Positions 29,287-36,314 of a DNA stretch of 53,495 nt are shown piece after piece; the first letter of the stretch is position 1, and every line of letters begins with the position of its first letter. The stretch spans positions 1 to 53,495 of the forward strand of contig CALHZE010000233.1 of assembly GCA_938040915.1 (NCBI GenBank), read 5' to 3'. A model generated the notes under the pieces. It was not told the origin of the DNA, searched no databases, and saw nothing but the letters and a program-made list of their open reading frames with translations. Both the position numbers and the translations under genes were made by a program. Source of the stretch: an uncultured Bacteroidia bacterium. GTDB lineage: Bacteria; Bacteroidota; Bacteroidia; Bacteroidales; CAJPTX01.

Positions 29287-29417
29287 CTTATTTTCCTATT
29301 CTGGGAGATGAACGAGCGAAGGATAAACAACAGAGTGACTGTCGTCCGCTCATAAAGGGGCAGCAGGACTAGGTAAAATTACTCATTCTTGATTTAGAGA
29401 AATAGAAGAAAATAGCC

Positions 29418-29425
29418 TAACTTTG
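29418..29425 (+). promoter_or_regulatory. -7 promoter box (TAACTTTG) upstream of the kinase-ybeY-mnmG block
   Basis: TAnnTTTG match 84 nt upstream of ATG 29509. Confidence 0.3.
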
Positions 29426-29508
29426 ATTAGGAAATAGCTACTCCTCCTTCTATAGAGGAGAAATGTAGCGGTCGGATTTTTAGGAGAGACACAATATACA
29501 CGATACCG

Positions 29509-29907
29509 ATGGAGAGAATAGTCTTAGCGTCGACAGAGACAGCCAGTAACGAGCTCTTAGAGTTCTTGGATCGGCTGTTCATGAATGTTGACGGTTTGGC
29601 AGACCTCGAGGCGAATGTACAAGTTGCCATCTGCGAAACCTTCAATAACGCTGTGGTGCATGGCAACAAGCTAGATTTTAGAAAGCGCGTGACCTGCACC
29701 TTCGATATCACCGACACTGCCTTCGTCTTTACGATAGAAGATGAGGGAGAGGGGTTTGAGATTGAGAAGATCCCCGACCCGACGCTTCCTGAGAATATAG
29801 AAAAAACGCGTGGAAGGGGGGTATTTCTCACACAAAAGCTCTCAAGTAAGGTAGAATACCTAGATAAGGGGCGAAGAGTGATTATCAGCTTTTATAAAAA
29901 GAAATAG
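29509..29907 (+). CDS. RsbW/SpoIIAB-like HATPase (anti-sigma-factor-type serine kinase)
   Basis: 132 aa. N-box ICETFNNAVVHGN, G1 IEDEGEGF, G2 TRGRGVFL. Confidence 0.65.
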   Translation: MERIVLASTETASNELLEFLDRLFMNVDGLADLEANVQVAICETFNNAVVHGNKLDFRKRVTCTFDITDTAFVFTIEDEGEGFEIEKIPDPTLPENIEKTRGRGVFLTQKLSSKVEYLDKGRRVIISFYKKK

Positions 29908-29915
29908 GGGGTATT

Positions 29916-30344
29916 TTGAGTATCTTATTCCACACCCTGGGGGTTCGTTACCTTTTACGCCACAAACGCGAGATTCGCGCCACGGTAAAGCTCATGTGTG
30001 AGAGCAAGGGCTATCGCGTGGGAGAGGTCAACTACATCCTCTGCTCTAAGCGCGTGATCAAGGAAACTAATATCCGCTACCTCGATCACCATTACTACAC
30101 CGACATCATTACCTTCCCGATGTCTGAGGAAGCGGGGGTCGTGAGTGCCGACATCTACGTCTGTGTCCCCGTCGTATTTGAAAATGCCGTGCATTTCAAG
30201 ACGTCTGCCTACACCGAGTTGATACGGGTGCTCTTTCACGGCATATTACATTTGATCGGGTACGACGATCACACGCCCGAAGATCAGCGCGCCATGCGCG
30301 CTGCCGAGGAGGAGTGGCTCGGAAAATTCGCGGAAATGCTATAA
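29916..30344 (+). CDS. ybeY: rRNA maturation endoribonuclease YbeY
   Basis: 142 aa with the zinc motif HGILHLIGYDDH. TTG start. Confidence 0.9.
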   Translation: MSILFHTLGVRYLLRHKREIRATVKLMCESKGYRVGEVNYILCSKRVIKETNIRYLDHHYYTDIITFPMSEEAGVVSADIYVCVPVVFENAVHFKTSAYTELIRVLFHGILHLIGYDDHTPEDQRAMRAAEEEWLGKFAEML

Positions 30345-30362
30345 AAGCACTTTCTTTGCTTC

Positions 30363-32279
30363 ATGGAACGAAGCAGAGACATCATCGTAATTGGCGGCGG
30401 ACACGCGGGTTGCGAAGCCGCCTTGGCAGCGGCTAGTTTGGGCGTCAATACGCTCCTTATTACAACCGACATTACCAAGCTAGGTGTAATGAGTTGTAAC
30501 CCCTCAATCGGGGGGATTGGTAAAGGGCAGATCGTGCGCGAGATAGATGCCCTCGGGGGCTTTACCGCACAGTGTACGGATCTTACCACCCTTCAATTTC
30601 GGATGCTCAACCGCTCTAAGGGAGCAGCTATGCATAGCCCTAGGGCACAGTGTGACCGCGATCTCTTTAGTCTCACGTGGCGGAGAAAGTTAGAGGGGGC
30701 GACCAACCTAGCGATCATTCAAGACACAATTGAGGAACTCTTGTTAGAGGAACATGAAGGGAAGACGCTGTGTGTAGGCGTAAGATCAAAATTGCGCGGC
30801 GATATAGTCGCCCAACGCGTGATACTTACCGCCGGTACCTTCCTTAACGGACTCATCCACGTGGGGATGTATCACACCCCAGGAGGTCGCATCGATGAGA
30901 GCGCCGTGCCACGCCTCACCGCACAGTTAGTAGCTCACGGCATAAAAGCCGCACGATTCAAGACAGGCACTTCGCCGCGGATCGATCTCCGGACGATAGA
31001 TTTAGACGTCTGTCGCATACAGGCGGGAGACATCGAAGGAGGACACTTTTCCTACTCCACCACGTGCCCTTCCCCCCTCCCCCAACGCCCGTGCTATATC
31101 ACAGAGACGAACCCAGAGACCCACGCGATCTTACGCGCCAATCTCAATCGCTCCCCCCTTTTTCAACACGTGATACAGGGACGCGGACCGCGCTACTGCC
31201 CTAGTATCGAAGATAAGATTCACATTTTCGCAGACAAAGGCTCACACCCCATATTCCTAGAGCCAGAGGATAGCGAAGGCAACACCGTCTACATCAATGG
31301 ATTTAGCACCTCGCTTCCGTATGATGTGCAAGAGGTGGGGCTTCACTCAATACGCGGTTTAGAGGAGGCACACATCATCCGTCCAGGCTATGCGATCGAG
31401 TATGACTATTTTGACCCCTTGCAATTGGAACATAGTTTAGCCTCGAAGGTAATCAGGGGGCTCTACATCGCGGGTCAGCTCAACGGCACAACGGGGTATG
31501 AAGAGGCTGCCGCACAAGGACTATTAGCAGGGATCAATGCCGCACACACCTTGCTCGGGCGCACGCCCATTGTCTTGCGGCGCTCAGAGGCTTATATAGG
31601 TGTGATGATTGACGACCTCGTCACCAAGGGAGTAGACGAACCCTACCGGATGTTTACCAGTCGCGCTGAGCACCGTCTTTCGCTTAGAGAAGACAACGCA
31701 GACGAACGTCTTTACCAGCTATCTGTAGCGATTGGGTTACGGAGCAAGGAAGCTTTAGAAAAAACGGCGACAAAATATGAAACTGTAACCGCCTTGGCGC
31801 ACTACCTGACACAACTTTCGCTCACGCCCGAAATGGTGAATGAATACCTCTTAGCACAGGGGGGCACTCCCCTCCCCCAAGCCATCAAAGCGCATAAACT
31901 TCTTTTACGTCCCGAAGTTAAACTAGCGTCACTGCTTCCCCATATTCCCACCACAGCATTTGACAAAAGCACACTCTCTGCAGAGATAGTCCACAGCGCC
32001 GAGACGCGCATCAAGTATGCTAGCTACATAGAGAAAGAGGAACAGGAGAGTGAACAAACGTTGAAGATAGACACTATACACATCCCCGACACGCTAGACT
32101 ACACAACCCTAGAGAGTATTAGCATTGAGGGAAGACAGAAACTCCGTCAACACCGCCCCAAGACCTTAGGAGAGGCAAAACAGATACCCGGCATCAAACC
32201 TAGTGACCTAAAGGCGATCTTGATAGCGATGCGTTCGTTTGTTCCACGTGGAACAGTGGAAGGGACAGAGGATAAATAA
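30363..32279 (+). CDS. mnmG: tRNA uridine 5-carboxymethylaminomethyl modification enzyme MnmG (GidA)
   Basis: 638 aa. FAD motif IVIGGGHAGCEAA, then SCNPSIGGIGKGQIVREIDALGG, GPRYCPSIEDK, GQLNGTTGYEEAAAQG. The last 13 codons overlap parS site 1. Confidence 0.95.
   Translation: MERSRDIIVIGGGHAGCEAALAAASLGVNTLLITTDITKLGVMSCNPSIGGIGKGQIVREIDALGGFTAQCTDLTTLQFRMLNRSKGAAMHSPRAQCDRDLFSLTWRRKLEGATNLAIIQDTIEELLLEEHEGKTLCVGVRSKLRGDIVAQRVILTAGTFLNGLIHVGMYHTPGGRIDESAVPRLTAQLVAHGIKAARFKTGTSPRIDLRTIDLDVCRIQAGDIEGGHFSYSTTCPSPLPQRPCYITETNPETHAILRANLNRSPLFQHVIQGRGPRYCPSIEDKIHIFADKGSHPIFLEPEDSEGNTVYINGFSTSLPYDVQEVGLHSIRGLEEAHIIRPGYAIEYDYFDPLQLEHSLASKVIRGLYIAGQLNGTTGYEEAAAQGLLAGINAAHTLLGRTPIVLRRSEAYIGVMIDDLVTKGVDEPYRMFTSRAEHRLSLREDNADERLYQLSVAIGLRSKEALEKTATKYETVTALAHYLTQLSLTPEMVNEYLLAQGGTPLPQAIKAHKLLLRPEVKLASLLPHIPTTAFDKSTLSAEIVHSAETRIKYASYIEKEEQESEQTLKIDTIHIPDTLDYTTLESISIEGRQKLRQHRPKTLGEAKQIPGIKPSDLKAILIAMRSFVPRGTVEGTEDK
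32240..32255. promoter_or_regulatory. parS: parS-type ParB binding site 1 (TGTTCCACGTGGAACA), inside the 3' end of mnmG
   Basis: Perfect 16-bp palindrome matching the TGTTNCACGTGAAACA parS family, with a symmetric G/C change. Confidence 0.75.
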
Positions 32280-32292
32280 AGTTTCCCCCCTT

Positions 32293-32308
32293 TGTTCCAC
32301 GTGAAACA
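32293..32308. promoter_or_regulatory. parS: parS-type site 2 (TGTTCCACGTGAAACA)
   Basis: Identical to the B. subtilis Spo0J parS sequence as I recall it. Confidence 0.75.
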
Positions 32309-32337
32309 AGAAAGGTGTGAGTAAAATAAATAGAGGT

Positions 32338-32353
32338 TGTTCCACGTGGAACA
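32338..32353. promoter_or_regulatory. parS: parS-type site 3 (TGTTCCACGTGGAACA)
   Basis: Perfect 16-bp palindrome. Confidence 0.75.
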
Positions 32354-32555
32354 AAGGAAGGTATCAGAACCTCAAATAACGAGGGCATTACATTCTCCTT
32401 CCCTACACAACCACCTTTTAACGATTAAGGTCTCTAGAAAGGCGTATCTCTATACTACGCTACAGAAGATAGGAGTAAGAGTTTACTACTTATCTGATAA
32501 AAAAATGAGTGGCACTGAAACAAGAGGAAGGGTGGGGAAAATAAGGCATAAAATC

Positions 32556-32571
32556 TGTTCCACGTGGAACG
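32556..32571. promoter_or_regulatory. parS: parS-type site 4 (TGTTCCACGTGGAACG)
   Basis: 15 of 16 positions match the majority form. Confidence 0.65.
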
Positions 32572-32602
32572 AAGGGAAACAGAAAGGATAGATAAGAAAA
32601 CG

Positions 32603-32618
32603 TGTTCCACGTGGAACA
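32603..32618. promoter_or_regulatory. parS: parS-type site 5 (TGTTCCACGTGGAACA), 24 nt upstream of the uvrC ATG
   Basis: Perfect 16-bp palindrome. Confidence 0.75.
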
Positions 32619-32641
32619 GCGTTAAACGAAAATAAGCGGGG

Positions 32642-34459
32642 ATGGAACTCAAAGACGAACGCTATGCGGGGATTAAGGAAACCGTACAAATGCTCCCCCA
32701 CGTACCTGGAGTATATGTCTACAAGAATGCACAGAAAAAGATTATCTACATTGGGAAGGCTAAAGACCTACATAAACGCGTGCAGTCTTACTTCACCAAC
32801 ATAGAGCGACATAATGCCAAGACGCGGATACTGGTCAATCAGATAGCGTTTATCGATTTCATCATCGTCAATACCGAGGAGGAGGCCTTCTTGTTAGAAA
32901 ACAACCTTATCAAGAAGAACCAACCAAAGTATAACATCCTGCTCAAAGACGACAAGTCTTACCCTTGGGTCTGTATTACCAAAGAGGAATACCCGAGGGT
33001 ATTTCTAACACGCAACTACATTCCACGGAGAGGGAAATATTACGGTCCCTATCCCTCGGGCGGAGCAATTGATTCGGTACTCGCCACCCTACGTCAACTC
33101 TTTTTCTACCGAACCTGTAAAATGCCCATGACGCAAGCGTGGGTAGAGGCGCGAAGATATCGCGCCTGCTTAGAATACCACATCCACAACTGTCAGGGAC
33201 CGTGTATCAATGCCATTAGTAAGGCAGAGTATAACCGCGCTATAGAGAATATCGGCAATATTTTGAGTGGTAAGGTAGGGAGTGTCATTGCCACCTTACA
33301 ACGAGAGTATCGCGAGGCTCTCGAGCACCTTCACTTTGAGAAAGCCGAGGTGCTCAACAAGCAAATCGAAGCCCTGCAAGATTACCAGAGTAAGAATAGT
33401 GTCTTAAACCCCGAGGTGGGCGATTTAGATGTGATTACCATCCTCGAGCGCGAGGATCGCGTAGCGCTCAACTATATGCATATTTACAACGGTGCCGTCG
33501 TCCTCTCTATCAATCGCATCGTATCAAACCCACTTGGTAACTCATTAGAGGAGCTCTTAGAGACGGTCGTCTACCGACTCAAGGAGGAGTTTGGCAGCGA
33601 AGCCTCTACCCTGTTATGCAACCTAGCGCTCCCCTCCCCTATTCCTCCCTACAAGCAAGTAGAGTTACCACAGCGTGGCGATAAGCACAAAGTTCTTTTA
33701 CTCTCGACACTCAACACCGAGCGCTATCTTGAGCAAACCACAGCGCGCAGACAACTCCCCACCGAAGAGGCAATGTTGCAACTCCAGCGCCTCTTAAAAC
33801 TCCCCCGTCTGCCTCGCCACATAGAGTGTATAGACAACTCTAATACGCTGGGGACTTACCCCGTCTCCGCAGTGGTAGTCTTCATCGATGGGAAGCCGGC
33901 TAAAGAGCTTTACCGGATCTATAACGTAAAGACCGTTGAGGGACCTAATGATTACGCTACCATGGAAGAGATCATCACACGGCGTTACGAAGAAATGCCA
34001 TCCGAGGAGCTTCCAGACCTTTTGGTGATAGATGGAGGAAAGGGGCAACTGAGTTCCGTACAAGACGCACTGATGCGTATAGAGCGCATCACCGACATTC
34101 CGCTCGTAGGGCTCGCTGAGCGTATGGAGGAGCTCTATGTTCCACGTGGAACAGCGCCGATACGGTTGAGTAAAGATGCCCCCAACCTACGCCTCTTGAT
34201 TCAGATGCGTGACGAGGCGCATCGTTTTGGGGTAAAGCACCACACCCACCAGAGAGACAAAGACGTAAAGAACGTCCGGCTATTGGAAGTAAAAGGCGTA
34301 GGGGAAAAGAGCATCCAGAAACTCTATCAACAATTTGGCAGCAGACAAGCCATTCTTTCAGCAGGTCTCGAAGCCATAGAATCTTGCCTAGGAAAGAGTA
34401 AAGCCTCCTTGGTGTGGAAAGCATTAAAGGAAGAAGAAAGAGAGAAGAGAACACCCTAA
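32642..34459 (+). CDS. uvrC: Excinuclease ABC subunit C
   Basis: 605 aa. GIY-YIG domain (PGVYVYKNAQKKIIYIGKAKDLHKRV..N), the UvrC central region, an RNase H/Endo V-like domain (IECIDNSN..), RDEAHRFG, and a C-terminal HhH (VKGVGEKSIQKL). Confidence 0.95.
   Translation: MELKDERYAGIKETVQMLPHVPGVYVYKNAQKKIIYIGKAKDLHKRVQSYFTNIERHNAKTRILVNQIAFIDFIIVNTEEEAFLLENNLIKKNQPKYNILLKDDKSYPWVCITKEEYPRVFLTRNYIPRRGKYYGPYPSGGAIDSVLATLRQLFFYRTCKMPMTQAWVEARRYRACLEYHIHNCQGPCINAISKAEYNRAIENIGNILSGKVGSVIATLQREYREALEHLHFEKAEVLNKQIEALQDYQSKNSVLNPEVGDLDVITILEREDRVALNYMHIYNGAVVLSINRIVSNPLGNSLEELLETVVYRLKEEFGSEASTLLCNLALPSPIPPYKQVELPQRGDKHKVLLLSTLNTERYLEQTTARRQLPTEEAMLQLQRLLKLPRLPRHIECIDNSNTLGTYPVSAVVVFIDGKPAKELYRIYNVKTVEGPNDYATMEEIITRRYEEMPSEELPDLLVIDGGKGQLSSVQDALMRIERITDIPLVGLAERMEELYVPRGTAPIRLSKDAPNLRLLIQMRDEAHRFGVKHHTHQRDKDVKNVRLLEVKGVGEKSIQKLYQQFGSRQAILSAGLEAIESCLGKSKASLVWKALKEEEREKRTP
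34138..34153. promoter_or_regulatory. parS: parS-type site 6 (TGTTCCACGTGGAACA), inside the uvrC coding sequence
   Basis: Perfect 16-bp palindrome, read as Y-V-P-R-G-T-A in the uvrC frame. Confidence 0.7.
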
Positions 34460-34480
34460 GAAGAGACCTCTAACGCCATT

Positions 34481-34541
34481 ATACACAACGCCGCGCGACT
34501 ATAGAGTTTTCACTGCTGTATAGTCGCGCGGCGTTGTGTAT
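34481..34541 (+). terminator. 23-bp perfect-stem hairpin 22 nt after the uvrC stop (terminator-like, no U-tract)
   Basis: ATACACAACGCCGCGCGACTATA (34481-34503) pairs with TATAGTCGCGCGGCGTTGTGTAT (34519-34541), leaving a 15-nt loop. It is followed by CTTTCC rather than a T-run. Confidence 0.45.
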
Positions 34542-34582
34542 CTTTCCAAAGGAGTAACCTTCCCTATATTCTATTTTCTTTT

Positions 34583-34598
34583 TATTCCACGTGGAACA
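34583..34598. promoter_or_regulatory. parS: parS-type site 7 (TATTCCACGTGGAACA)
   Basis: 15 of 16 positions match the majority form. First unit of the tandem array. Confidence 0.65.
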
Positions 34599-34663
34599 CG
34601 TCTTCTCCTTCTTAGTTTCTCATTACTCAGGGTAAAACGATATTCTCTATTTATCTACCTCTT

Positions 34664-34679
34664 TGTTCCACGTGGAACA
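34664..34679. promoter_or_regulatory. parS: parS-type site 8 (TGTTCCACGTGGAACA)
   Basis: Perfect palindrome; second unit. Confidence 0.75.
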
Positions 34680-34745
34680 CGCCTTCGTCCTTCTTAGTTC
34701 CTCATTACTCAAAGTAAAACGACATTCTCTATTTATCTACCTCTT

Positions 34746-34761
34746 TGTTCCACGTGGAACA
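34746..34761. promoter_or_regulatory. parS: parS-type site 9 (TGTTCCACGTGGAACA)
   Basis: Perfect palindrome; third unit. Confidence 0.75.
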
Positions 34762-34826
34762 CGTCTCGTCCTTCTTAGTTTCTCATTACTCAGGGTAAAA
34801 TGATATTCCCTGTTTATCTACCTCTT

Positions 34827-34842
34827 TGTTCCACGTGGAACA
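34827..34842. promoter_or_regulatory. parS: parS-type site 10 (TGTTCCACGTGGAACA)
   Basis: Perfect palindrome that closes the array, 59 nt from the ruvB stop. Confidence 0.75.
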
Positions 34843-34900
34843 TGCATTCGCGCTCTGATAATCCTTGCTCTTTTCTTTCGCTCACATTAAGCACGCAGGG

Positions 34901-35902
34901 CTAGCCCCCCCACAAGCTAGAATAGTCAACTCCAAGGTGTTCGTAAGCAGTCGAGGTTGCAACCCGTCCGCGCGGCGTGCGCTTGAGTAAGCCCTCCATG
35001 ATAAGAAAGGGCTCGTAAACCTCTTCGATCGCCCCCGCATCCTCCCCTACCGCAGTTGCCAAGGTAGAAAGCCCAACAGGTCCCCCGTTAAATTTCGCAA
35101 TAATCGTAGAGAGAATACGACGATCCATCAAGTCTAAACCACGACTATCTATGTTGAGGGCGTCGAGAGCCAAACGCGCAATCTCTAGGTCAATCTCGCC
35201 ATTACCCTTTACTTGCGCAAAATCGCGCACGCGGCGTAATAGCGCATTCGCTATACGCGGCGTCCCACGACTCCGCGCCGCTATCTCTTGCGCGGCTTGC
35301 GTATGTATGGGGATGCGAAGAATCCCTGCCGAACGCTTTAAGATCGCTTGAATCGTCGCATTAGGGTAATACTCTAAAAGACACGAAATGCCAAAGCGCG
35401 CCTTGAGGGGCTTGGTCAGTAACCCCACGCGCGTGGTTGCCCCCACCAAAGTAAACGGATTGAGTTGAAGTTGTACACTCCGCGCCGCAGGACCCTTCTC
35501 TATCATGATATCTATGGTAAAATCTTCCATAGCCGAATAGAGGTACTCTTCCACCACAGGAGCAAGGCGATGGATCTCGTCAATGAAAAAGACTGTCCCT
35601 TTTTCTAAACTCGTAAGTATCCCCGCCAAATCACCAGGACGATCAATGACCGGTCCACTCGTCATCCGTAACGATACCCCGAGCTCGTGGGCTAAAATAT
35701 GTGCCAAAGTAGTTTTGCCTAAACCAGGAGGACCATGAAAGAGCACGTGGTCGAGGGGCTCGCCGCGTAATTTAGCAGCCTCCACAAAAACGTGAAGATT
35801 GTCCATCACTTTACTTTGCCCAGTGAAATCGGCAAAGCTTAACGGACGTATCGAACTCTCGACCTCTTCGCTTTCGTCTTGCCTATACTCGCGATCTGCC
35901 AT
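34901..35902 (-). CDS. ruvB: Holliday junction branch migration ATPase RuvB
   Basis: Walker [10 protein letters not shown], Walker B FIDEIHRL, sensor [23 protein letters not shown]. The track ORF starts at TTG 35932; ATG 35902 (MADREYRQ..) is more likely. Confidence 0.95.
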   Translation of the reverse strand: MADREYRQDESEEVESSIRPLSFADFTGQSKVMDNLHVFVEAAKLRGEPLDHVLFHGPPGLGKTTLAHILAHELGVSLRMTSGPVIDRPGDLAGILTSLEKGTVFFIDEIHRLAPVVEEYLYSAMEDFTIDIMIEKGPAARSVQLQLNPFTLVGATTRVGLLTKPLKARFGISCLLEYYPNATIQAILKRSAGILRIPIHTQAAQEIAARSRGTPRIANALLRRVRDFAQVKGNGEIDLEIARLALDALNIDSRGLDLMDRRILSTIIAKFNGGPVGLSTLATAVGEDAGAIEEVYEPFLIMEGLLKRTPRGRVATSTAYEHLGVDYSSLWGG

Positions 35903-36314
35903 TCTACCTTCTTGAGTTTTGCTCGTTTTCAAACCCCTTTCTTCCTATCACCTTCTTCTTTTAAGAAAAAGAAAGAAGGTAGTTAGATAGGCTGTTCATT
36001 ATGTTTATAACCACGGCATAGGGGTATAGCGCCGTGGAAAAAAGGAGGGGAAGGGGCTTGCGAACTGATGTGGGAAAGTTACTGAAAAATAGGAGCTTAA
36101 TAGCGCTATTGAGAGTCTTTTCTAAGAGCGCCGCGGGGGAACGGAGTGAGCTCGTGGGGGTGTCTATAATTTGGGTCATTTCGTTGCAGTAAGAAGATAC
36201 GCTATTGTTCATAAAACAAGGAAAGGCGATAACGTGCAACTTATCGACACAACACTAAGACAACAAGGGGGCGTTTATAGACAAGTTGTGAACAGTTTAG
36301 ACTCGTGGCGCTCA

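Larger units (their letters stand above)
34583..34842 (+). repeat. Tandem array of three 81-82-bp units plus a terminal site; each unit begins with a parS palindrome
   Basis: Units are 34583-34663, 34664-34745 and 34746-34826, plus 34827-34842. The segments between palindromes are also conserved (..CTTCTTAGTTTCTCATTACTCAGGGTAAAACGATATTCTCTATTTATCTACCTCTT). Confidence 0.9.

Noticed and set aside
32240-32618. Reading GGAAC / TGAAAC within the palindromes as ECF-sigma -35 elements or an E-box-type operator that specifically regulates uvrC.
   Set aside because: There is no CGT-type -10 element at the right spacing. The full 16-mer matches parS exactly, which explains the copies inside CDSs and in the convergent uvrC/ruvB gap far better.
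34583-34842. A possible CRISPR array, given regularly spaced palindromic repeats.
   Set aside because: The segments between the palindromes are conserved from unit to unit, so there are no unique spacers. The repeat core is only 16 bp within an 81-bp unit, and no cas genes are present. The palindrome matches parS instead.
34583-34842. Reading the array as oriC, because each unit contains TTATCTACC, which resembles a DnaA box.
   Set aside because: It has two mismatches to TTATCCACA. No perfect DnaA boxes, obvious AT-rich unwinding element or dnaA gene are present in the window. I retain only the idea that the locus is origin-proximal.
32240-34842. The idea that the upstream and downstream parS clusters are inverted copies bracketing uvrC like a composite cassette.
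   Set aside because: The flanks are only loosely related (shared CTTTGTTCC / GGAACAAAG extensions and ATAAATAGAG pieces in rearranged order). The palindromic core makes orientation undefinable. The claim is not robust by eye.
35961-36239. A 92-aa ORF between ruvB and the SPOR gene.
   Set aside because: Its composition is low-complexity and atypical, it has no recognisable motif, and it lies in what is probably a promoter/UTR region.
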